A stretch of DNA of 40,474 nt from a virus (taxonomy: Duplodnaviria > Caudoviricetes). The position numbers and the translations under genes were made by a program. Below are positions 16,747 to 25,537 of this stretch, one piece after another (the stretch's first letter is position 1; every line of letters begins with the position of its first letter). The notes beneath the pieces are model-generated. The model did not search any database, was not told the origin of the DNA, and was given only the letters and a program-made list of their open reading frames with translations. Where the stretch lies: positions 1 through 40,474 of IMG/VR virus record IMGVR_UViG_3300048598_000463. The stretch is one strand, 5' to 3'.

Positions 16747-17064
16747 ATGGACCCGGAAGTTGCCAGGTATTGGAACGACGCCATGGATCGGCTTAGGGAA
16801 GCCAAGGAGCATGTCAAGGCGGGGAGGGCAGAGTCCGCTAAGAGTGACGCATTCAGAGCCGCCATGAGTGGGCAGTGTGCCATTATGTGCCTGATGCGAG
16901 GACGCGAGAACGACAGCAAGGCAGGTGAAGCGGCAATCGATGCCAGGATCTTTGATTGGAAAACCTGTTCCCGGCCGGAAGATCACGTGGCAATGGCTGA
17001 GAGGTTCCTGGAGCACTTTGCGGATCTGTCACCGCCGGAAGCCAAGCTGCCATTCAGACCGTGA
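16747..17064 (+). CDS. Small helical hypothetical protein, possibly degenerate HEPN-like
   Basis: AAGGAGA RBS; pattern A..RL.EA...V.AG....A...AF.AA...AI and terminal AMAERFLEHF recalls HEPN bundles; no clear Rx4-6H. Confidence 0.55.
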   Translation: MDPEVARYWNDAMDRLREAKEHVKAGRAESAKSDAFRAAMSGQCAIMCLMRGRENDSKAGEAAIDARIFDWKTCSRPEDHVAMAERFLEHFADLSPPEAKLPFRP

Positions 17065-17475
17065 GCCCTTGGGAGAGGGAAGATACCCCCCGAGCTTTTT
17101 GATGAGGGAGAGGAAGCGAGACCGCTCGGGGACACGTGAATGCACTGACGTTCTGTGTCTTGGCGCTCGCCACAATGGGTGCATATGGGTTGGTTACCTG
17201 AATACAGGTTCAACTGAATCGACCGTGATATATGTCCCTCATTCGAGTCTGAGGTGGTCTGACGCTTTCAAGGACGACTGCTGAGTACCCCGAAATAGTG
17301 TGCCAGCAGATCATTGTGGGTCCGATAATGACATATTGATATTTCATGTCTACTTTGCGATAGTAGAAGCGTGTCTGCCACCATACCCCCTGTCTCTTGA
17401 GACGAACGAGGAGGCTTGAAGTCGTGGCTGCACGCACCCATTGCGTGGGTCCGTGGATTGCTGCCAGGCAGGGAA

Positions 17476-17504
17476 TTGACATCGGTGGGCGCACAGACCA
17501 TAAT
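17476..17504 (+). promoter_or_regulatory. sigma70-type promoter for the ABC-DAC-MTase operon
   Basis: TTGACA-N17-CATAAT. Confidence 0.7.
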
Positions 17505-17589
17505 TTGCTGGTCGACCACTGGTCCGGCCAGCCTCTGGCATGGCGGTGCGTCGGGACTAGCGATGCCAATCAATATGTGAGGTGTAAGT

Positions 17590-18588
17590 ATGAATAGAAG
17601 ACACACAGCTATTGGTGTGACGGTTTTCGCTTTGCTCGTGGTCGGGATTGTATTTGTGTCTGTAAGGAAGTCGCCTAAAGCACCAAGTGGGACCACGCAC
17701 ATTTCATTCCGGTTAGACTGGACTCCTGGGGCAGAACACTCTTTTCTCTATCTTGCGAAGGAGAAGGGGTACTTCCGGGATGAGAATCTTGACGTCGAGG
17801 TTCAGGCAGGAGACGGCTCGACAACATCTGCCAAGTTGGTCGGTAATGGCTCGATTGACTACGCCCTGTGCAGCGGTGACACCGCATTGATAGCCGCGTC
17901 CGCTGGCGCTCCAGTTCGTGTTCTGGCGGTGCTCTACAGCCGCACGCCCGCCGTCGTTTACTCCCGTAAGGATAGGAATATCACAAACCCAAAGGATCTT
18001 GAAGGGCACACCTACAGCGCCTACATGAAAAGCACTACATACAATCAGTTTCTCGCCTTTTGCGCGGTCGCTCATGTGGATCTGTCCAAGATCAAGATCA
18101 TTGCTACGGCCGGAAAGGCTGAGGACATATTGACCGATGCCGTGGATGCGTCAGGCGGCTATACGTACATTCAGCCCATTCAATGTGAGTTGGCTGGGTT
18201 TCCGGTGAGTGAGATCCCCATGGCGGATTTCGGGGTAAACTCGTATAGCATGTCGATCATCGCAAATAGGGAGAAGATGCAGGCTGAAGTAACTCGCCGT
18301 TTGGTCAGAGCTCTGTTGCGATCTTTTGACGCAATGCTGTCCGACAACACCGCTGCACTGGAGGCATACTTGCGCGCGAACCCAACTGCCAACAAAGACT
18401 TCGAAACAAAGAAATTGAAGAAGCTAACCGAGTTCGTGAAGACCAACCTCCAAACGCAGAGGAGGACTGGGGCGCAGACACTTGAGGGATGGCAACAGAC
18501 ACAGGAGTTCTTGGTGGCCCAAAAACTGATAGACAAGAGAATTGATCTATCCGCCTTCTTCACAGTAGATTTCTTGCCGCAGCAATAG
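17590..18588 (+). CDS. ABC transporter substrate-binding protein, NMT1/THI5 (SsuA/TauA-like) family
   Basis: N-terminal membrane anchor; FRLDWTPGAEHSFLYLAKEKGYFRDENLDVEV, ITNPKDLEG; GAGG RBS. Confidence 0.92.
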   Translation: MNRRHTAIGVTVFALLVVGIVFVSVRKSPKAPSGTTHISFRLDWTPGAEHSFLYLAKEKGYFRDENLDVEVQAGDGSTTSAKLVGNGSIDYALCSGDTALIAASAGAPVRVLAVLYSRTPAVVYSRKDRNITNPKDLEGHTYSAYMKSTTYNQFLAFCAVAHVDLSKIKIIATAGKAEDILTDAVDASGGYTYIQPIQCELAGFPVSEIPMADFGVNSYSMSIIANREKMQAEVTRRLVRALLRSFDAMLSDNTAALEAYLRANPTANKDFETKKLKKLTEFVKTNLQTQRRTGAQTLEGWQQTQEFLVAQKLIDKRIDLSAFFTVDFLPQQ

Positions 18589-18605
18589 AGCAGGGGTAAC
18601 CGACC

Positions 18606-19394
18606 GTGAGACGATACCTGTGCAATTTGGTTCTCCCGTTCATCCTCGGGACCCTCATGATCTATGCTATATGGTTCGCCGCCGTGGTTGTGATTTCACC
18701 GCCTCAGTACATTCTTCCACATCCATTAAGCGTTCTGGGAAGGTTAATGTCGATGCCATCCGTCTTCCTGTATCATACGTGGATAACCACCGTCGCGTAT
18801 GGTAGTGGGCTCTTGATTGCGATGGTACTCGCATTCGGCTTGGCTCTTCTGACTCTCCGATCAAGCCGATTGGCCGCGGTGATCTCTCCACTGATGGTGA
18901 TTGTGCAATCGGTCCCCAAGGTTGCCCTCGCGCCACTCTTTATTATCTGGTTTGGCTATGGGCTCGGACCAAAGGTGGTGATCGCTGCTCTGGTGGCCTT
19001 CTTCCCAGTGTATATCAACTTGGTAGGAGGAATGAGGGCGGCTGATTCGGAACTAATAGACTATGCTGCAACGCTACATCTATCTCCTTTCGCGACAATC
19101 CTGAGGATACGGCTCCCGTTTGCCATGACCTTCTTCTTTGCAGCTCTCAAGATGGCAGTAATCTATAGTGTTGTTGGTGCCATCGTAGGTGAATTTGTTG
19201 GGTCAGACAAGGGGCTAGGCTTCCTAATCATTCAGGGCGACCTATCATTTGACTCAGTGCTACTCTTCGCCTCTCTTCACATCCTTGTCGCGATTGGCAT
19301 ATTTCTCTACTTGATGGTGGCATTGCTGGAGGTGTATGTACTGCGTTGGAAGGTGGGGGATAGAGAAGATATGGGATTCATGGTGACAGCATGA
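18606..19394 (+). CDS. ABC transporter permease, NitT/TauT family
   Basis: Multiple TM helices; YILPHP, QSVPKVALAPLFIIWFGYG, GAIVGEFVGSDKGLG. Confidence 0.93.
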   Translation: MRRYLCNLVLPFILGTLMIYAIWFAAVVVISPPQYILPHPLSVLGRLMSMPSVFLYHTWITTVAYGSGLLIAMVLAFGLALLTLRSSRLAAVISPLMVIVQSVPKVALAPLFIIWFGYGLGPKVVIAALVAFFPVYINLVGGMRAADSELIDYAATLHLSPFATILRIRLPFAMTFFFAALKMAVIYSVVGAIVGEFVGSDKGLGFLIIQGDLSFDSVLLFASLHILVAIGIFLYLMVALLEVYVLRWKVGDREDMGFMVTA

Positions 19395-22075
19395 GCACAC
19401 AAATCCTTCATCCGTATGGGTCCGGCTCACCCATTGCTGCATACGTAGCATGGCTTAACCAACAGTCCGTCCGCCAGGCCGAATGGTTGAGGAGAGCCTT
19501 CTCGCATGCATTTGATAACGACATCGGCAGCTACGAGTCCCTCGGAGTCAGCTTTCATAACCGTTTGCTCGCCCCACTCTTGCACGTGAGGCAAACAGAG
19601 GTCTTTCCCCCGGAACATCACCATCGAGCGTTCTATTCTGAGCAGGCCGCGGCTATTCCACTAATCGATGGGACTACGTGCATAGGGAGTAATCCCGCCC
19701 TCTGTGTTGCCGTCGGGACCAGTCTGCGAACTACAATTGTGACCAATGCAAGGGTATCGCTCTATGCGCTTAGCATTCCCACAGCGATAACCTCATTGGA
19801 CCGTCGCTACGAAGATAACCTCAGAGAATATGGAGGGAAGTTCTTTACCGAGCTACTCGACCTCTACTTTGGCACGTTCGGACGCGGGAATACTCTCAAC
19901 GAATATCTTCTCGATAACATCCTCTTGCGCGAGCCATACCGCAACGTGCGGGCAATATCTCTTTCGTTCAGCCACGGTCTGGCACAGCCTCTCCAATGGT
20001 CTCTGGACGCGCAGCACAATGTGGCTACATTGGCAGTGTCTGCCGAACTTGCGAACGAACTGATCGGTGCCGGGGGAGCACTTGGCCATGTCTTTTGGCA
20101 GGAAGCTTGGAAGGCATTTCACGGGATTGTGGTACCGACAATCCAGGGCCTTCCCAAGGAATCAGTGCAAAAGGACTGGGTATCTGCCGCCGTAAGGAAT
20201 ATGAGTTCCTCAAGCTCTTCGCTCGCAGAAAAGCTCAGGATTGCGAGATGTAGAGCAGAGAGACTCGTGTGGAATACACTCACTGGGCGTAATAATGGCG
20301 TGAAGGACTCTGTCGTTACGTGTCTCGACGAGATATACCCTGGCGAACACGGCCCGTTAGGTCGTAAGCTGGAGAGGATCTTGCTCATGCTGCAAGGCAG
20401 CCTTTGCTTGGTGCCATGGGCCAGAGCAAATAATCACCCGCTGTCCGTCATCACAATACCGGCGGTCAGTGACGGATACAAATGTGGTTGGACTGTCATT
20501 CCAGATGATGCAGTCAATAATCCTGTCGATTGGGCGGCCTGCCATCCCGCGGTGAACTCCCTGTTCAGACTCCTTGTCCAGAAGCATTACGACACAGCCC
20601 GGAAACTCCTCCGGCGGGGAGCGGGGTCACATGCAAGTCTTAGGCAAGAGGAGGAGGATGCCAAGAACACTCTGTCTGGGGAATGGCATGACATGCTTGC
20701 TGAACTGGAGAAAGGTCCCCGTCGTGAATCACTTATTGATGAATTTCTTGTGCCCCTCGGTAAGAAGTTTCTCGCATTAGTCAGGGCCGCAACACAATTG
20801 ACTGGGGGCAAGCACGAGGCACACGACGTGAACTTCTCATTCATTTATGGGCCCTCGGAATTGCTCAAACACGTAGATAGAATAGTCTCACACGAAGATG
20901 TACCACGTGATCTACCTGATGATGACTATCAGAGCAAGATGGCCGACTATGAGCTATTTACCCTCCGGTGCGAAGGACACTATGCACTGTTCCAGCAGGA
21001 ACGTATAGCTGGCTTCGTCGATCCGCTGCGTAAGGGGCTCGCTATTGACAAAGTAGTTCTCCTCGGATCACCGCCTGATGAAGACCTCCTTCGCATGCGG
21101 CAACTGCATATCCTAGATGATCGGTATCGTGCGCTCCGATGGCTGACATGGAAGGTATTTGGAGATGATGTGCAACAGTATGGCGTGTCGGGTGGTGATA
21201 TCACGAAGAACAAACGGATTGCTGCACTAGTTGCTGCTGGGGATGGTCACCTCCGATTGTTTGTTGATGGGCGTCTAGTTCTAACCTGGAAGAAGCGATC
21301 TGAGTCCGGAAAGCCGCACTGGCAGTTCGGCATTGAGGCTGGTACAGAGAGAGAATCAGCAATCGGCAAATTACGTGAGACTATTAGTGTGGCACTTGAG
21401 AAGACTGTAGATAGTCAAGAAGTAAGAGAAGTGGTGGCGACTATCTGCGAGATATCCGACACGCCGGGCGAGGGAGCGGTCTTCGTGATCGGTGGCGAAC
21501 CAGAAACCTTGCCCGTCCTGTGTGACATGGTTCCAGACACTTTCAAAATGCAATGGGCCAGTGTCCGCCAGCTGACTGGTACAGAACAGCAGATGCTGCG
21601 AAGTCTTGCCGTCATGGATGGCGCTGTACATATTGCGGTCGTCAACACACGCGACGAGATGGAGGCGTGGGTATGCGCTCGCAGGTATATCGCCGTCGTT
21701 ACTGACATCCCCGAGGGCAAGAGGGCTGGTGAGACTACAGGTGCTCCCAACGTGGGTCAACGGCCAACACTTGGCCTAGCGGCACAAGAGATATCACAGC
21801 TGTTTGGGGACTGGGCCGCCCACTTAGTTGACTGCGGAGGTGAAGAAGAGAAGAAGGCAGCGGAGAGTCTCGGGAAATGGAGAGAAAAGATTGGAACAAA
21901 GGGGACCAGACATCGTTCTGTTATCCAATTATGCCTGTGGCTGTTGAACCGCCGGCTAGGTGGGCCAGATCCTATCGTGTGTAGCATATCCGCCGACGGG
22001 CCTGTCAACCTCTTCAGAGTGAAAGAGTGCACATGTGGTGAGAGGTATCTGTGGACGGAAGAGATCATTTACTAG
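19391..22075 (+). CDS. Large protein with a C-terminal diadenylate cyclase (DAC/DisA_N)-like domain
   Basis: EGAVFVIG, LAVM-D743GA-V, GT-R840HR, SISADGPVNLF; preceded by a degenerate DAC-like repeat; N-terminal ~430 aa unrecognised; ATGA overlap with the permease. Confidence 0.78.
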   Translation: MSTQILHPYGSGSPIAAYVAWLNQQSVRQAEWLRRAFSHAFDNDIGSYESLGVSFHNRLLAPLLHVRQTEVFPPEHHHRAFYSEQAAAIPLIDGTTCIGSNPALCVAVGTSLRTTIVTNARVSLYALSIPTAITSLDRRYEDNLREYGGKFFTELLDLYFGTFGRGNTLNEYLLDNILLREPYRNVRAISLSFSHGLAQPLQWSLDAQHNVATLAVSAELANELIGAGGALGHVFWQEAWKAFHGIVVPTIQGLPKESVQKDWVSAAVRNMSSSSSSLAEKLRIARCRAERLVWNTLTGRNNGVKDSVVTCLDEIYPGEHGPLGRKLERILLMLQGSLCLVPWARANNHPLSVITIPAVSDGYKCGWTVIPDDAVNNPVDWAACHPAVNSLFRLLVQKHYDTARKLLRRGAGSHASLRQEEEDAKNTLSGEWHDMLAELEKGPRRESLIDEFLVPLGKKFLALVRAATQLTGGKHEAHDVNFSFIYGPSELLKHVDRIVSHEDVPRDLPDDDYQSKMADYELFTLRCEGHYALFQQERIAGFVDPLRKGLAIDKVVLLGSPPDEDLLRMRQLHILDDRYRALRWLTWKVFGDDVQQYGVSGGDITKNKRIAALVAAGDGHLRLFVDGRLVLTWKKRSESGKPHWQFGIEAGTERESAIGKLRETISVALEKTVDSQEVREVVATICEISDTPGEGAVFVIGGEPETLPVLCDMVPDTFKMQWASVRQLTGTEQQMLRSLAVMDGAVHIAVVNTRDEMEAWVCARRYIAVVTDIPEGKRAGETTGAPNVGQRPTLGLAAQEISQLFGDWAAHLVDCGGEEEKKAAESLGKWREKIGTKGTRHRSVIQLCLWLLNRRLGGPDPIVCSISADGPVNLFRVKECTCGERYLWTEEIIY

Positions 22076-22806
22076 CCAACACAGTACTAGCTCCTGATTC
22101 GCTCTTTCTGGGCGACAGCCTACAGAATTTCTACGCATTCACGGAGCCACTGATTAGGGCGGAGCTTCGGAATGGCGATCGGCTATTGGATGTCGGCTGC
22201 GGCGATGGCAAACTGGCCTTGGCACTGCTTGCGACTACTCCCTCGGCATCCGTTGTTGGGGTGGATACGCGCTGCAAGGCGATCCAGGCAGCTCGCTCGC
22301 TGGCGGCACCTAGCGTGAATGCCGAGTTTTGGGCTGGCGACGCCGAGGACCTGGACTGGATAGGGCGATTTGGCTCTTTCGACGTGATATTGGCGAGGAC
22401 CTCATTACATCATTTCCATGACCCGATCACTGCTCTACGTGGATACGCAGCTATGCTTCGGGAGCACGGTAGGTTGATATTGATTGATCTTGATCGTGAA
22501 TCAGCTTGTGCGACTGTATTGGGATTCCCCGTTACTCTCCTGATCACATGGCGGACCGTGCTGAGGACGCTTGGCTGGAAGAGAGGGTGGGCAGCAATCC
22601 GTGGAATGAGATATCCGAGCAAGGAATGGCGACAACACAGAGCCACCGACGTTGTGCATCGAAAGAAGATTGGATGGTATTGCTTTCGTGACATTCGTGC
22701 GAAGATGGAATCCGTGTTTCCTTCAGCACGAATAGGAAGACTGGCCTCATGGCGTGGTCTGGGTGGTGTTCACTACATGGTATATGAAAAACAAGCCAAT
22801 GCATAG
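22051..22806 (+). CDS. Class I SAM-dependent methyltransferase (small-molecule type; start uncertain)
   Basis: LLDVGCGDG, VVGVD, GDAEDL, FDVILARTSLHHF, LREHGRLILID. Confidence 0.9.
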   Translation: MDGRDHLLANTVLAPDSLFLGDSLQNFYAFTEPLIRAELRNGDRLLDVGCGDGKLALALLATTPSASVVGVDTRCKAIQAARSLAAPSVNAEFWAGDAEDLDWIGRFGSFDVILARTSLHHFHDPITALRGYAAMLREHGRLILIDLDRESACATVLGFPVTLLITWRTVLRTLGWKRGWAAIRGMRYPSKEWRQHRATDVVHRKKIGWYCFRDIRAKMESVFPSARIGRLASWRGLGGVHYMVYEKQANA

Positions 22807-23584
22807 AACGCAGACACTGCTTCGCGCGGAGTGTATTACGAAGAGCTTCAACGCCAATGGCAGCATGTTGAAGGTACTGGACCCAATCACGTTCCACATT
22901 GATGAAGGTGAGTTTGTAGGCTTGGTTGGTCCATCAGGATGCGGCAAGACCACTTTCCTGCGGATATTGGCAGGAATCGAAGAAGCAAGTGATGGAACCG
23001 TTGAGTGGGAGTCCAGCCAGAGCAGCACGCGTTGCCTTTCTTTCGCATTTCAGCACTTGGCGCTCCTTCCCTGGCGGACCGTGGAACGAAATATTCGCTT
23101 TCCACTTGAAGGGAATACAGACCAGTCAGACGTCGAGAAGCGACTTGCCGATATGGTTGCGGCATTTGGCCTGCGGGGTTTTGAACGCTACTACCCTGCA
23201 CAATTGTCTGGTGGGATGCGGCAGAGAGTCGCCCTTGCGCGTGCGCTCATCACGATGCCACGCATTCTTTTCCTTGATGAACCATTCGGAGCTTTGGACG
23301 TCAACGCACGTCTGAAGTCGCAGGACCTGATCCTCAACAATTGCGGACAAGGGAATATCAGCGTTATCATGGTAACGCATGATTTGCACGAGGCAGTTCG
23401 ATTGTGTGATCGCATCGTTGTCTTGTCCCAGCGGCCTGCGCGGATAGCTGATATAGTAGAGACTCCACAGTGGTCAAAGACTGACAGACTTCAGATAACG
23501 CCTACACAGACCGCTCCATACGTGGAACAACTCCACCGCTTACTGCGGGAAGTCGACGGAGATGCATCCGGGCCACCGCAATAG
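22799..23584 (+). CDS. ABC transporter ATP-binding protein, NitT/TauT family (start 22784 or 22799)
   Basis: Walker A GPSGCGKTT, FQ...LLPWRTV, LSGGMRQR, Walker B FLDEPFGALD, VTHD. Confidence 0.95.
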   Translation: MHRTQTLLRAECITKSFNANGSMLKVLDPITFHIDEGEFVGLVGPSGCGKTTFLRILAGIEEASDGTVEWESSQSSTRCLSFAFQHLALLPWRTVERNIRFPLEGNTDQSDVEKRLADMVAAFGLRGFERYYPAQLSGGMRQRVALARALITMPRILFLDEPFGALDVNARLKSQDLILNNCGQGNISVIMVTHDLHEAVRLCDRIVVLSQRPARIADIVETPQWSKTDRLQITPTQTAPYVEQLHRLLREVDGDASGPPQ

Positions 23585-23708
23585 ACCGCGGCAAAGGAAG
23601 TGGTTGCTCAGGCGGTCGCAGTCGGTGATGCTGGGGAGACGCATCATACAGCAGGGGACCCAGTGTTTGGAGTCAGCTTCCTAATCAGGCGGCAGTCATT
23701 CCGGGGCG

Positions 23709-23742
23709 AGGATGATCGAAGGCTAAATCTTTCGATCAACCT
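23709..23742. terminator. Hairpin at the cargo/phage boundary (possible terminator)
   Basis: TGATCGAAGG-CTAAAT-CTTTCGATCA 10-bp stem (23713-23738); no good U tract. Confidence 0.3.
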
Positions 23743-23788
23743 TGGTCTCCGGGTGGCTCACTCTGGCTAGTCAGAAATCCTTCCTTTC

Positions 23789-23807
23789 ATTACTAATCCC
23801 TGGTAAT
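23789..23807. promoter_or_regulatory. Dyad upstream of the head operon
   Basis: ATTACTA-N5-TGGTAAT (6/7 symmetric) about 40 nt before the gpW ATG; no canonical -35 seen. Confidence 0.35.
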
Positions 23808-23849
23808 TGGTCCCTTCGCATTTCGCGGCAAGAGCCATAGTCTGAGGGC

Positions 23850-24050
23850 ATGGCACTTGGTTTGACTGAAGAATTGGCGCTTGTTGAGGCCGCGATTCGG
23901 CGGACGCTGGAGGCCCAGTCCTCGACATCGCCCGACGGCCGGCAGCGGGTGAACCCGAATCTGGCGGAGTTGTACCGCCAGCGGGCGGATCTGAAGCTAC
24001 AGATCGATTTCGAGACCAATGGCCGGGTCCGGGCCCTGGAGGTGCCGTAA
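23850..24050 (+). CDS. gpW-like head-tail joining protein
   Basis: 66 aa helix-hairpin-helix pattern (EELALVEAAI...DGRQRVNPNLAELYRQRADL); TAATG-coupled to the portal gene. Confidence 0.7.
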   Translation: MALGLTEELALVEAAIRRTLEAQSSTSPDGRQRVNPNLAELYRQRADLKLQIDFETNGRVRALEVP

Positions 24051-25537
24051 TGCAGACGACACTTTCGAGATGGCAACAGGGGCTTGCGGATGGCCTGGAT
24101 CGGCTGACACTGGCGGTTTCGCCCAGGTGGGCGTATTTGCGGCGGGCGTATCGATTTGCCTATGATGCCCTGGACCGCTCGCGAACGCGGAAGCCCCGGA
24201 CGGGGCTGGGCGGATCGGGGGATGCGCACCTGACAGAGCAGGCGTTGTCCAGCCTGCGGGAGATCTGCCGGGACATGGGGCGGAACAACCCCATCGTTAA
24301 GGGACTGCTGCACACCGAGGCCAAGGGGGTTGTGGGGTCTGAGACGAAGGTCGAGGCTCGGACGGCCGACGAAGCGTGGAACGAGGCGGCCGAGCGGCTG
24401 TGGAAGGCCGAGATGGTGGATCAGCCCTGCGATGTGACCGGGCGGTTCAACTTCCATAAGCTGCTCAATCTGGCTTACCAGTCCTACCGCCGCGACGGGG
24501 ACGATCTGGTTGTGTTCCTCGATGATGCCTTGTGGCTCGTGGAGGGGGAGCAGTGCGGGACGCCGCATGGGGTCCGAGGGGGTGACCTATTCGAGGTGAC
24601 CAATGGCGTTGCGACCCGAAAGTCTGACAGCCGGGTGATCGGATACTACATCGGCAGGGCGGATCGGTGGGGATTCATCAGGAGCGAGTCCTACGGACGG
24701 TATACGGTGGACCAGGTGCATCACGTTTGGAATCCCGACCGCGTCAGCTATACGCGGGGCGAACCGATCCTAACCAGTGCGATCGACTGGATCGATAAGC
24801 TCACCCGCTACGCAGACGCCGAGTTGGTCGCCGCCCACGTCAACGCGCTATTCGTCATGGCGCTGACGAAGCGGTTCCCTGAGGGGATGCTCCCCGCCGT
24901 CCGGCCGAATCAGGCATCGACCGCCACCAGCGAGGAAGGGTTCAAACAGGCCAAGCTGGGGCCGGGGTTGATCTATGAGTGTGCCCCAGGTGAGGATGCC
25001 AAGGCGATTGCCGCCCAGCGGCCCAACTCCGAGTTCGACCCGTTCATCCTGCGGTGCCTGATGTTCATCTGCCGGCCGATGTGCATGCCCTTGATGCTGG
25101 CGACGCTGGACTACTCGGGGGCCACGTTCATGAACGCCCGGATCGCCTACCAGGAGGCGTGGGACAACTGGAAGGACGAGCAGAATCTCGTGGTCAAGCC
25201 ATTGGTCAGCCGGATCTGGCGGTGGAAGGTCGAGCAGTGGATCGCCCGTGGCGAGTTGACCGCCCGGGAGGATGCCTTCGCCCACGAGGTCGTGTGTAAG
25301 CGCTGGCCGTACGTGGACCCGTACAAGGAGGCCATGGCCGACAAGGTGGATCTGGAGAACGGCACGAATACGCGGACGGCGATCTGTGCTCGGTCCGGCA
25401 GGGACTACCGCGACGTGGTTCGCGAACGGGTCCGGGAACTCAAGATCGAGCAGCAGGAAGGGCTCAAGGACGAGCAGAACGCCCAGGGAGGCAATGGAAA
25501 TGCCACAGACGATGAACGACAACGCCAGGCGGCTTAG
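24050..25537 (+). CDS. Portal protein, lambda family
   Basis: LREICRDMGRNNP, VHHVWNPDR..YTRGEP, DYSGATFMNAR, WPYVDPYKEA, GRDYRDV. Confidence 0.95.
   Translation: MQTTLSRWQQGLADGLDRLTLAVSPRWAYLRRAYRFAYDALDRSRTRKPRTGLGGSGDAHLTEQALSSLREICRDMGRNNPIVKGLLHTEAKGVVGSETKVEARTADEAWNEAAERLWKAEMVDQPCDVTGRFNFHKLLNLAYQSYRRDGDDLVVFLDDALWLVEGEQCGTPHGVRGGDLFEVTNGVATRKSDSRVIGYYIGRADRWGFIRSESYGRYTVDQVHHVWNPDRVSYTRGEPILTSAIDWIDKLTRYADAELVAAHVNALFVMALTKRFPEGMLPAVRPNQASTATSEEGFKQAKLGPGLIYECAPGEDAKAIAAQRPNSEFDPFILRCLMFICRPMCMPLMLATLDYSGATFMNARIAYQEAWDNWKDEQNLVVKPLVSRIWRWKVEQWIARGELTAREDAFAHEVVCKRWPYVDPYKEAMADKVDLENGTNTRTAICARSGRDYRDVVRERVRELKIEQQEGLKDEQNAQGGNGNATDDERQRQAA

Noticed and set aside
17065-17470. Intergenic hairpins (CCCCGAGC/GCTCGGGG; CACGCA/TGCGTG) as a riboswitch for the NMT1-type transporter
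   Set aside because: They lie upstream of the predicted promoter, and I could not identify a TPP or c-di-AMP riboswitch consensus; cmscan would settle it
7570-23780. Cargo as a transposon or ICE
   Set aside because: No transposase, integrase, terminal inverted repeats or target-site duplication found at the boundaries
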